From contig CM059432.1 of NCBI GenBank assembly GCA_030390025.1, positions 36,768,001-36,832,000 of the forward strand: a DNA stretch of 64,000 bases, written 5' to 3'. The position numbers and the translations under genes were made by a program. Every line of letters starts with the position of its first letter. Within the stretch, counting starts at the first letter, position 1. Positions 35,069-47,094 of the stretch are shown one piece after another. Below the pieces are notes generated by a model. The model made no database searches. It was not told the DNA's origin and was given only the letters and a program-made list of their open reading frames with translations. Source of the DNA: Squalus acanthias. Its lineage: Eukaryota.

Positions 35069-38000
35069 AGGATATTTCAAATGAATACGTGGCTAGAGGA
35101 ATGGTGCAAGGGGGAGGGATTCAAATTCCTGGGACATTGGAACCGGTTCTGGGGGAGGTGGGACCAGTACAAACCGGACGGTCTGCACCTGGGCAGGGCC
35201 GGGACCGCTGTCCTAGGGGGAGTGTTTGCTAGTGCTGTTGGGGAGGGTTTAAACTGAAGTGGTAGGGGGTTGGGCACCTGAGCAGGGAGACAGAGGGAAG
35301 CGTGTCAGGAAGGGACAGAAGGTATGGAGTAAAAGGTAAAGTGTTAAAAAAGGAAAAAGCAGGAACTAAGTGTCACAAAACATATTTGAAAGTTCTTTAT
35401 CTGAATGCACGTAGCATTCGTAACAAAATGGACGAGTTAACGGCACAAATAACTACGTATGGGTATGATCTTGTGGCCATTACAGAAACATGGCTGCAGG
35501 GTGACAACGACTGGGAACTAAATATGCCAGGGTATTTAACAATCAGGAAGGACAGGCAGGAAGGAAGGGGAGGTGGGGTGGCTATGTTAATAAAGGAAGG
35601 AATCACTGTAATACAGAGAAATGATATTGGGTCAAAGGATCAGGATAATGAAACAGTTTGGGTGGAGATAAGGAATAATAAGGGGAAAAAAACACTAGTG
35701 GGAGTAGTATATAGGCCTCCTAATAGTTGCAACTCTGCTGGAAGAAGTATTAATCAGGAAATAGTTGGGGCATGTAATAAGGGAACAGCTATAATTATGG
35801 GGGATTTTAACTATCATATTAACTGGACAAATCAAATTGGGCAGGGCAGCCTTGAGGAAGAGTTTATTGAGTGTATTAGGGATGGATTTCTTGAGCAGTA
35901 TGTAACTGATCCTACAAGGGGGCAAGCAACCTTGGACCTGGTCCTGTGTAATGAGTCAGGATTAATTAATAATGTCCTAGTTAAGGATCTCCTTGGAATG
36001 AGTGACCATAACATGGTTGAATTCCATATCCAATTGGAGGGTGAGAAGGTTGGTTCTCAAACAAGCGTACTGAGCTTGAATAAAGGAGACTTTGATGGTA
36101 TGAGAGTGGAATTTATTAAAGTGGACTGGGAAAATAGATTAAAGGGTAAGACGGTACATGAGCAGTGGTGTTCATTTAAGGAGTTATTTTACAACTTTCA
36201 AAAGAAATATATTCCACTGAGGAAAAAAGGGTGTAAAAGAAATGACAGCCATCCGTGGCTAAGTAAAGAAATTAAGGATAGTATCCGACTAAAAACAAGG
36301 ACAGAAAAGGTAGCCAAACTTAGTGGGAGGATAGAAGATTGGGAAGTCTTCAAAAGACAGCAAAATGTAACTAAAGGATTGATTAAGAAAGGGAAGATAG
36401 ATTATGAAAATAAATTAGCAAAAAATATAAAAACAGATAGCAAGAGTTTCTATAGTTATATAGAAAGAAAAAGGGTGGCTAAGGCAAACGTAGGTCCCTT
36501 AGAGGATGAGACCGGGAAATTAATGGTGGGAAACATGGAGATGGCAAAAATGCTGAACAAATATTTTGTTTCAGTCTTTACGGTAGAGGACACTAAGAAT
36601 ATCCCAACACTGGACAAACAGGGGGCTCTAGGGGGGGAGGAGCTAAATACGATTAAAATCACGAAGGAATTGGTACTCAGTAAAATAATGGGACTCAAGG
36701 CGGATAAATCCCCTGGACCTGATGGCTTACATCGTAGGGTCTTGAGGGAAGTGGCAGTAGGGATTGTGGATGCTTTGGTAATAATTTTCCAAAATTCCCT
36801 GGACTCAGCAAAGGTCCCGGCAGATTGGAAAACTGCTAATGTAACACCCTTATTTAAAAAGGGTAGTAGGCAGAAAGCTGGAAATTATAGACCAGTTAGC
36901 CTAACATCTGTGGTGGGTAAAATTTTGGAGTCTATTGTTAAGGAGACAGTAACGGAACATTTAGATAAACATAATTTAATAGGACAAAGTCAGCATGGCT
37001 TTATGAAGGGGAAGTCATGTCTGACAAATTTGCTTGAGTTCTTTGAGGACATAACGTACAGGGTGGATAAAGGGGAACCAGTGGACGTAGTGTATTTAGA
37101 CTTCCAGAAGGCATTCGACAAGGTGCCACATAAAAGATTATTGCTCAAGATAAAAATCATTGGATTGGGGGCAATATTCTGGCATGGGTGGAGGATTGGT
37201 TATCTAACAGGAAGCAGAGAGTTGGGATAAATGGTTCATTCTCGGACTGGCAACTAGTAGCCAGTGGTGTTCTGCAGGGGTCGGTGCTGGGTCCCCAACT
37301 CTTTACAATCTATATTAACGATTTGGAGGAGGGGACCGAGTGTAACATATCAAAGTTTGCAGATGATACAAAGATGGGAGGGAAAGTAGAAAGTGAGGAG
37401 GACATAAAAAACCTACAAGGGGATATAGACAGGCTGGGTGAGTGGGCGGAGATTTGGCAGATGCAATACAATATTGGAAAATGTGAGGTTATGCACTTTG
37501 GCAGGAAAAATCAGAGAGCAAGTTATTATCTTAATGGCGAGAAACTGGAAAGTACTGCAGTACAAAGGGATCTGGGGGTCTTAGTGCAAGAAAATCAAAA
37601 AGTTAGTATGCAGGTGCAGCAGGTGATCAAGAAGGCCAACGGAATGTTGGCTTTTATTGCTAGGGGGATAGATTATAAAAACAGGGAGGTATTGCTGCAG
37701 TTATATAAGGTATTGGTGAGACCGCACCTGGAATACTGCGTACAGTTTTGGTGTCCATACTTAAGAAAAGACATACTTGCTCTCGAGGCAGTACAAAGAA
37801 GGTTCACTCGGTTAATCCCGGGGATGAGGGGGTGGACATATGAGGAGAGGTTGAGTAGATTGGGACTCTACTCATTGGAGTTCAGAAGAATGAGAGGCGA
37901 TCTTATTGAAACATATAAGATTGTGAAGGGGCTTGATTGGGTGGATGCGGTAAGGATGTTCCCAAGGATGGGTGAAACTAGAACTAGGGGGCATAATCTT

Positions 38001-38388
38001 AGAATAAGGGGCTGCTCTTTCAAAACTGAGATGAGGAGAAACTTCTTCACTCAGAGGGTAGTAGGTCTGTGGAATTTGCTGCCCCAGGAAGCTGTGGAAG
38101 CTACATCATTAAATAAATTTAAAACAGAAATAGATAGTTTCCTAGAGGTAAAGGGAATTAGGGGTTACGGTGAGCGGGCAGGAAATTGGACATGAGGCTG
38201 AGTTCGGATCGGTCAGGGCCCTGTGGGTGGTGGAGCGGGCCCAGGGGCTGAGTGGCCGGGTCCTGCTCCTACTTCTTGTGTTCTTTAGATTTGAGGTTAG
38301 GATCAGATCAGCCATGATCTTATTGAATGGTGGAGCAGGCTCGAGGGGCCGATTGGCCTACTCCTGCTCCTATTTCTTTTGTTCTTAT
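35069..38388 (+). mobile_element. Near-intact CR1 LINE (ORF1 end plus almost complete ORF2)
   Basis: ORFs 35302-37230 (EN, tether, RT start) and 37188-38195 (rest of RT) separated by one frameshift near 37150-37160; inserted into a Deu-SINE tail (gtccggtgg | tatgaaaggcgctat). Confidence 0.96.
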
Positions 38389-38518
38389 GAAAGGCGCTAT
38401 ATAAATGCAAGTCTGTCTTTCTTTTAGAAGAAAAAGCAGGAAGGCTGCTCCCTTGCTTATAAAAAAAGGCACAAATCAGTTGCGAGGAAATCCTCGAGAG
38501 TGATCCACCCAACACGAT

Positions 38519-38550
38519 CTACACTTGAACTTAGCCAAAAGCCAAAGGCA
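38519..38550 (-). pseudogene. U2 snRNA 5' fragment
   Basis: Minus strand CTTTTGGCTAAGTTCAAGTGTAG matches recalled U2 CTTTTGGCTAAGATCAAGTGTAG at 22 of 23 positions; similarity stops after GTGTAG. Confidence 0.7.
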
Positions 38551-40084
38551 CCCCCCCGCCCCGCTTAGTTGCTCCAGCCTTGTGGCAAAGGCCCTTGGGG
38601 AGCTGGCGGCTTCCTGCGTCAGGCACCAGCGGTTTAGTGAGTTGCAACTCTCAGGGCTTTCTCCTAGGTTTGTGGGAAAGCAAAAAAACACCTAAGACAC
38701 AGCAGGTACTGACTTACAACACAACTATGTATGAATATTTTGGTAAATAGTTAAAATTACAAAAAAAACTTTTGGGGTGAAGCTTTTATGTATGTGCCAC
38801 CCAACAACTATACCATGGAAAAATGAAACGATTGTGTACAAAGGTTAAAAGGGAAATGACGATTCGCTAAATTGCTCTGTAACTCCTCAATTACAAAGGG
38901 ACATATAATTACGACTGCATTTGTGTTGTTCCTTTTTACCACTGGTGGTTGGATGCAGAGATGTTATGCATGCAGAACAGGCAGTAATGTCCTCTGCTCC
39001 TATATATGATGTCATATCAAAATAGCGGATGAGTGCAAATTCTTTCCAAATATCTGATCAGAAGCTACCTCAAACCAGCTGCTTGAAAGTAAACATGCTG
39101 CAACAAAGCACAGCCAATGCTGCACTTCTATCTAACTTAAAACCTATTGCTCAAGGTTGCAGATGGTGTGGAAACTGCACAATTTATACTGCAAGGGAAA
39201 GTCCATCACACCAGAGCAAACACTATGCTTGTCTGTAAGCCATGATGCAGTACCTTTCTTTTTCTAAGGATCCGTATTGACCAACAATCAGAAAACTGCA
39301 TTAAATGGGTTCGATCACTCAGTCTGAAGCTGACAGTAAAGAACGTCAGACTGTAACTCCAGAGGCAACCATCTTTTCCTCCTATGTATCAATTTCAAAA
39401 TTCTCATTTATAAATCCCTCCGTGGCCTTATCACAACCTACTGCTGCAACCATTTCCAGCCCTACATCCAAGCTCATACATTCGGCTCCTCCAATTCAAG
39501 TGAAATGCGCATCTCCCCACTTAGTTGTTGGTGGCAGAGCATCTGAATTCTGGAATTCACTCCCTCAACCTTGCTAGGTATACCGCTCTCCAGTTTCAAA
39601 CCTTCCTAAAAATCTAACATTTCCAACAAGACTTTGGACACCTGCCAAAAATATTCCAACTCCTGCCACTGAGGGCAAAGTGGGGACTGCAGAGTCAAGC
39701 AGAGTTGGAAGAGCAGAGGGTGCAAGCAGGGATGTGGGGCTGGAGTAGGACAAGATATTTGAGGTGGATAGGGATGGTAGAAATAGAGGGTATGCGCATA
39801 AAATGCATAGGCAAAGAGTTAGGCTAGATGCCAGGAAGTATTTCTTTACAGAGTCATCGCCATCTGGGACAGACGACTGAAACTACAGTCTTTAAAAGGG
39901 GAACTTGGCAAGTTTCTGAGAGAAGAGGGCATTTTTGGTTATTGAGTGAAAGGTGCGAGTTAACTGCAATTATGAGGAACTGTGGGCTCCGATGGTCTTC
40001 TGTAGTCTTGCTTGATGGCTTTAGAAAATTTACCAGAGTCCTTTATGAAGTTGCTGCAGGTTTTTTCCTTCTTTTCAAGTCTTT

Positions 40085-40455
40085 GGTGTCTCAGGTGTCA
40101 GCCATGCTTCAGTGGTAGCAGCCTCGCCTGAGTCAGAAGGCTGTGGGTTCAAGCCCCACTCCAAAGACTTGAGCATAAAAACGTTGACACTTCAGTGCAG
40201 TACGAAGCACTGTCGGAGGTGCCGTCTTTCAGATAAGACGTTAAAACTGAGGCCCCATCTGCCCTCTCAAGTAGACATAAAAGATCCCATAGCACTCTCA
40301 GGTAAACATAAATGATCCCATGGGAACTTGCTATGCGCAAATTTGTTGCTGCATTTCCTACTTTACTACTCTTCAAAAGTACTTCATTAGCTGTAAAGCG
40401 TTTTGCGACATGCCAGAGGTCGAGAAAGGTGCTATATAAATGCAAGTCTTTCTTG
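40085..40455 (+). mobile_element. Deu-domain tRNA SINE (internally deleted)
   Basis: Head with ggttcaagcc B box; gtcggaggtgccgtctttcagataagacgttaaaactgaggcccc; tail gctatataaatgcaagtctttc. Confidence 0.82.
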
Positions 40456-41889
40456 CTTTCTGATCATCTCCGTGAAGCTTTTTGGGATGTTTCACTATGT
40501 TGAAGGCAAGTTTTTATTTTTAATGTTGATGTTTGCAGCAATTCTGCTTCCAGAGGCATCAATTGAAACCAGCTCTCTACGTGGATCTAGGCACCCCCGA
40601 GGCAGCAGTATAACATTACAGCTATGCCACCACAGCCAGGGCTACCATCTGCTATAATGCTAATCTCGGCATGCGGCACCAATAACAGTACAGATCTGTG
40701 AGGCAATTCAATAGAATTCACTCCCCTTTGTTCGTATACAGTTTAAAACATCGGACTTGCTGCCTAATGAACACCGCTGATTTCTTACTTAACAAGTTGA
40801 TCCTGTGCTCGTGTTTCTGTGAAAGGTGATCTGCTGCTCTGCAGAATCAGAGAGTAGAATAGCTGGTTTGTCAGCTCTGCTACTCAAAGGCTGGGTGTGG
40901 CAAAAGCCATTGTCCTGCAGGAGATTAAATGAATGAAGCTTTGTCCATTACTATTTTTTGCAACTGAAACAAAACACTTGCTGCCTTTATGGAACATTGA
41001 AAGTTGAAGGCGGTTAAAAAAAATGTTCGCAGAAGTTGTCTTTCTTACAGGGTCAGGATTATTTTTCGACGAGGCACAATCCATTTACAGGGAATGGACA
41101 CGAAGTACAGAACTCTTTCCAACACCAAAACACTCAGCTCCAGTACACAACCATTTCGACATGAACGATGGTCTGAGAACAACCTGAAACAGTGCGACAG
41201 ATGCTGATTTCAGCAGTGACGATTGAGGATGACTAGGATGTAGGACTGGGTATTTGCTTTGCAGGGATGTTAGAGGAATCATAGAATGGTTACAGCACAG
41301 AAGGAGGCCATTCGGCCCATCGAGCCCATGCCAGCTCTCTGCAAGAGCACTTCAGCTAGTGCCACTCCCTCACCCTTTCCCCGTAGCCCTGCAAATTTTT
41401 TTTCCTTCAGGTACTTATCTAACTCCCCTTTGAAAGCCACGATTGAATCTGCCTCCACCACCCTTTCAGGCAGTGCATTTCAGATCATAACCACTCGCTG
41501 CGTAAAAAAGTTTTTCCTGATGTCGCCTTCACCTTAAATCTGTGTCCTCTGGTTCTCGACCCTTTTGCCAATGGGAACAGTTTCTCTCTATCTACTCTGT
41601 CTGGACCCCTCATGATTTTGAACACCTCTATCAAATCTCCTCTCAACCTTCTCTGCTCTAAAGTGAACAACCCCAGCTTCTCCAGTCTATCCACGTAACT
41701 GAAGTCCCTCATCCCTGGTACCATTCTTGCAAATCTTTTCTGCAGCCTCTCTAAGGCCTTCACATCCTTCCTAAAGTGCGGTGCCCAGAATTGGACACAA
41801 TACTCCAGTTGAGGTTGAGGCCGAACCAGTGTTTGATAAAGGTTCATCATAACTTCCTTGCTTTTGTACTCTATGCCTCTATTTATGAA

Positions 41890-42095
41890 ATTGAGAGGTC
41901 GCACAACACCAGGTTATAGTCCAACAGTTTTATTTGAAATCACAAGCTTTCGGAGCTATCGATTTGCTCCTTCCTCAGGTGAAGATAGCTCCGAAAGCTT
42001 GTGATTTCAAATAAAACTGTTGGACTATAACCTGGTGTTGTGCGACCTCTCAATTTTGTCCACCCCAGTCCAACACCGGCATCTCCGCATCATGA
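41890..42095. mobile_element. Penelope family B palindromic mini-insertion
   Basis: 73-bp perfect inverted repeat (41888-41960 / 41984-42056); 14-bp TSD cctctatttatgaa at 41876-41889 and 42096-42109. Confidence 0.9.
41940..41982 (-). ncRNA. Minimal type-I hammerhead ribozyme motif, intact (PLE family B)
   Basis: UCAC CUGAGGA A GGAGC AAAUCGAUA GCUCC GAAA GCU U GUGA. Confidence 0.78.
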
Positions 42096-43765
42096 CCTCT
42101 ATTTATGAAGCCCAGGATCCCGTATGCTTTTTTAACCACTTTCTCAACCTGCCCTGCCATCTTCAACGATTTGTGCACTGATACCCCCAGGTCGCTCTGT
42201 TCATCACCCCTTTAGAATTATACCCTTTAGTTTATATTGCCTTTCCTCATTCTTCCTACCAAAATGTATCAGCTGAAAGAGCAAATAGGGAGGGAAGAGA
42301 GAGAGAAATTGGAGGCTAGATGTGAGAGAACGATCGTTATTCAGATGACAAACTATTGCTTATATCCCTGTAAAAAGAGGCCATTCAGCCCATCAAGTCT
42401 GTGCTAACTCTCCTGCGCTTTACCCAAACTGTTTAAAATTCTTTTTCAAATATTTTCCCATCATTTGCATTAAAAAAATTGTCAGAATAACTTCATTCTT
42501 TTGATAATATTAAATGTAAACAAATATTTGCTACTATCCATTATTTTTAGCCACCTTCACATAATTCACCATATATTATCTAGTTAACCATAAAAAAGTT
42601 TTGGGTGCATCCTTCACAGTTTGAAGTGTCAGGACTGAATACTGGTGAGGGTGATGGTTCCTCCAGGGTGTGCAGCCAGAGCCAAGGCCACAGATCCATG
42701 GGTAGCTCAGCTGTATTGGGGTGGGGAGGAGGAAGGTCAATAATGCAGTAGTGATCGGGGATGCAATAGTTAAAAGAACAGGCAGGCATTTCTGGTGCCA
42801 GGGTCAAGGATGTCACTGAGCGGCTGCAGGACATTTTGAGGGGGGAGGGTGAACAACCAGAGGTCGTGGTCCATATTGGTACCAATAACATAAGCAGAAA
42901 GAGGGATGAGGTCCTGCAGGCAGAATTTAGGGAGCTAGGAAAAAGATTAGTAAGCAGGACCTCAAAGGTAGCAATCCCCGATTACTCCCGGTGCCACGCA
43001 CGAGTGAGTACAGAAGTAGGAGGATAAAGCAGATGAATGCATGGCTGGAGAGACGGTGCAGGAGGGAGGTCTGTAGATTCATGATGCATTGGGACCGGTT
43101 CTGGGGGAGGTGGGACCTGTTCAAACCAGATAGGTTGCACCTCAACAGGGCCGGGACCAATATTCTCGCGGGGCGGGGGGGGGGGGTTTGCTAGTGGTGT
43201 TGGGGAGGGTTTAAACTAGCTTGGCAGGGGGATGGGAATCTGAGCGTAGATTTAGTAAGGAGAGAAGCAAAGTTGGAAATGGAAGGCAGTCAATTAGTAA
43301 GTGAGTTTGGAAGGCAGAGGAAGCAAAGGCTAGAAAATAGAAAATGAAGGAGTTTGGCAGTGCTTAATGGTATATACTTCAATGCAAGGAGTCTAGTGAA
43401 CAAGGCAGATGAGCTGAGGAAACAGATAGACATGTGGAAGTATGATAACATAGCTATTACTGAAACATGGCTGAAAGAAGGATAGGAATGACAGCTCAAC
43501 ATTCCTGGTTACAGCGTTTTCAGACGAGAGAGAGGGGGATAAAAAGGGATGGGGGGGTTGCAATACTGGTTAAAGAAACAATTACAGCTGAGAGGAAGGA
43601 TGATATGTTGGAAGGATCATCAAATGAGGCCGTGTGGGTTGAACTGAAGAACAAAAAAGGGGCAACCACACTGCTGGGAGTGCATTATTGACCTCCAAAC
43701 AGTCAGAGGGAGATAGAAGAGCAAATATGTAGGCAAATTTCTGAGAAGTGCAAAAACAATAATAA

Positions 43766-45094
43766 AACTGGATGGACCACCCGGCATCGACCTCGGCACC
43801 GACTATGGACACGGCACACCCAACCCAGTCGACTCTGCAAAGTCCTCACCAACATAAAGGGACTTGTGCCAAAATTGGCCTTGGTCCAAACATGGACAAA
43901 AGAGCAGAATTCCAGAGGTGAGGTGAGAGTGACTGCCCTTGACATCGAGGCAGCATTTGACTGAGTGTGGCATCAAGGAGCGCTAGTAAAACTGAAGTTA
44001 ATGGGAATCAGGGGTGGGGGGGGAGGACTCTCCACTGGCTGGAGTCATACCTAGCACAAAGGAAGATGGTTGTGGTGGTTGGAGGTCAATCATCACAGCC
44101 ACCGCAGGACACCGCTGCAGGAGTTCCTCAGGGCAGTGTCCTAGGCCCAACCATCTTCAGCTGTTTCACCAATGACCTTCCCTCCATCATAAGGTCAGAA
44201 ATGGGGATGTTCACTGATGACTGCACAGTGTTCAGTGCCATTCGCAACTGCTCAGATAACGAAGCCCGACATTCAGGCTTGGGCTGATAAGTGGCAGCTA
44301 ACATTTGCGCCAGACAAGTGCCAGGCAATTACCAATATCCAACAAGCGAGCGTCTAACCACTGTCCCTTGACAGTCAGCGGCATTACCATCACCGAATCC
44401 CCCACCATCAATATCCTGAGGGGGTCACCATTGACCAGAAACTTAACTGGAGCAGCCACATAAATACTATGGCAACAAGAGCAGGTCAGAGGCGAGGTAT
44501 TCTGCGGCGAGTGTTTCACCTCCTGACTCCCCAAAGCCTATCCACCATCTACAAGGCACAAGTAAGGAGTGTGATGGAATACTCTCCACTTGCCTGGATG
44601 AGTGCAACTCCAACAACACTCAAGAAGCTCAACACCATCCAAGACAAAGCAGCCCGCTTGATTGGCACCCCATCCACCACCTTAAACATTCACTCTCTCC
44701 ACCATCAGCGTACCATGGCTGCAGTGTGTACCACCTACAAGATGCACTGCAGCAACTCGCCAAGGCTTCTTCGGCAGCACCTCCCAAACTCGCGACCTCT
44801 ACCAACCAGAAGGACAAAGGACAGCAGGCACATGGGAGCACCACCACCTCCAAATTCCCCTCCAAGTCACACAGCCATCCTGACTTGGAAGTATATCGCT
44901 GTTCCTTCATCGTCGCTGGGTCAAAATCCTGGAACTCCCTCCCTAACAGCACGGTGGGAGTACCTTCACGACACGGACAGCAGCAGTTCAAGAAGGCGGC
45001 TCACCACCACCTTCGCAAAGGCAACTAGGGATGGGCAATAAATGCTGGCCTTGCCAGCGACACCCACATCCCATGAACGAATATAAAAAAAAAT
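43766..45094 (+). mobile_element. CR1/L2-group LINE (YKAQVRS family), A-rich tail
   Basis: ALDIEAAFD, GVPQGSVLGP, FTDD, IYKAQVRSVMEYSPLAW; tail cccatgaacgaatataaaaaaaaa. Confidence 0.88.
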
Positions 45095-45310
45095 AGGCCA
45101 GTAATAGTAGGGGATTTCAACTACTCTAATATTAACTAGGATAGAATTAGTGTAAAAGGTATAGAGGGTGCCGAATTCTTAAAATGCATTCAGGAGAATC
45201 TTTTAGCCAGTACGTAGCAAGCCCAACAAGAGGGGGCAGTTCTGGACTTAGTTTTAGGGAATGAAGCTGGGCAGGTGGAAAGGCTATCAGTGGGAGAGTA
45301 TTTTGGTGGT

Positions 45311-45783
45311 CCTCATGGGTGCGGCCTCAACCGGGATCTTGGTTTCATGTCACGCTACATGACGTAGAGTCATCCAGACTCGAGTCGTCGTTGGCTTGTT
45401 CACAGATGTGGTTTCCAGTTTTAAAAAAAAGTAAAAAGCTTAACCATACAGACTGCAGCATTTGACACGTTGGACCCCCGTGACCCCACCTCATTGTCTT
45501 AGCTGTATTTTGCTGTGTCTTTGATGTAATGCCTTCCTGACTAGCCTGATTGTATCTCTGCCGAGGTGTGATGGAGGGCAGTCAGAAAGTCGTCTGACAT
45601 TGTACGCTACACATTGTTCTCTGTCTATATATGCTTTGCTGATTTGTATTCCTTCACTTTACCTGACGAAGGAGCAGCGCTCCGAAAGCTCGTGATTTCA
45701 AATAAAACTGTTGGACTATAACCTGATGTTGTGCGACTTCTCATTTTTGTCCACCCCAGTCCAACACCGGCATCTCCGCATCA
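45311..45783 (+). mobile_element. Penelope family B 3' fragment
   Basis: Starts in GLNRDLGFMSRYMT* (GIY-YIG C-terminus), ends catctccgcatca; closely matches 48791-49305 in reverse. Confidence 0.85.
45659..45695 (+). ncRNA. Minimal type-I hammerhead ribozyme motif, intact (PLE family B)
   Basis: UUAC CUGACGA A GGAGC AGC GCUCC GAAA GCU C GUGA. Confidence 0.78.
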
Positions 45784-46253
45784 TAGAGAGAGAGGACATA
45801 TTAAGAGGTTTAGCATCTTTGAAAGTAGATAAATCAGGCCCGGATGAAATGTATCCCAGGCTGTTGAGAGGTAAGGGAGGAAATAGCAGAGGCTCTGGCC
45901 ATCATTTTCCAATCATCTCTGGCTACAGGCGTGGACAGAGGACAGCCAACGTTGTGCCATTGTTTAAAAAGGGAGAAAGGGATAGACTGAATAATTACAG
46001 GCCGGTCAGCCTAACCTCAGTGGTGGGAATATTATTGGAAAAAATTCTGAGGGTCAGTATAAATTGTCATTTAGAAAGTCACGTATTAATCAAGGACAGT
46101 CAGCATGGATTTGTTAAGGGAAGGTCGTGTCTGACTAACATGACTGAAATTTTTGAGGACATAACGAGGAGGGTCGATGAGGGTAGTGCATTTGATGTAG
46201 TCTACATGGATTTTAGCAAGGCCTTTAACAAGGTCCCACATGGAGGGTTGGTC

Positions 46254-47094
46254 ACAGAATCATACAATGATGATAGCACAATAGGAGGCCATTTGGCCCG
46301 TCGAGCCCGTGCCGGCTCTCTGCAAGTACACATCAGCTTGTCCCAATCCCCTGCCCTTTCCCCGTAGCCCTGCAAAATTTTTTCTTTCAGGTACTTATCT
46401 AATTCCCTTTTGAAAGCCATGATTGAATCTGCTTCCACCACCCTTTCAAGGCAGTGCATTCCAGATCATAACCACTCGCTGCGTAAAAAAGTTTTCCCTC
46501 AAGTCGCCTTTGGATCTTCTGCCAATCACCTTAAATCTGTGTCCTCTGGTTCTCAACCCTTTTGCCAATGGCAACAGTTTCTCTCTATCTACTCTGTCTC
46601 GACCCCTCATGATTTTGAACACCTCTATCAAATCTCCTCTGCTCTGAGGAGAACAACCCCAGCCTCTCCAGTCTATCCACGCAACTGAAGTCCCTCATCC
46701 CTGGAACCATTCTTGTAAATCTTTTCTGCACCCTCTCTAAGGCCTTTATATCCTTCCTAAAGTGCGGTGCCCAGAATTGGACACAATACTTCAGTTGTGG
46801 CCGAACCAGTGTTTTATAATGGTTCATCATAACTTCCCTGCTTTTGTACTCTATGCCTCTATTTATGAAGCCCAGGATCCCGTATGCTTTTTTAACCGCT
46901 TTCTCAACCTGTCCTACCACCTTCAATGATTTGTGCATATATACCCACAGGTCTCTCTGTTCATGCACGCCCTTTAGAATTGTACCCTTTAGTTTATATT
47001 GCCTCTCCTCGTTCTTCCGACCAAAATGTATCACTTCACACTTTTCTGCATTAAACTTCATCTGCCACGTGTCCGCCCATTCCACCAGCCTGTC
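46254..47094 (-). mobile_element. CR1 LINE 3' fragment nested in opposite-strand CR1
   Basis: EWADTWQMKFNAEKC...RPQLKYCVQFWAPHF plus 3' UTR. Confidence 0.9.

Larger units (their letters stand above)
41278..42270 (-). mobile_element. CR1 LINE 3' fragment
   Basis: QLEYCVQFWAPHFRKDVKALERLQKRF; interrupted at 41890-42095. Confidence 0.9.

Noticed and set aside
35302..38195. Domesticated RT/endonuclease host gene or programmed frameshift
   Set aside because: Has a typical CR1 3' UTR and tail and many paralogous copies; sibling copies read through this point, so the shift is a simple indel.
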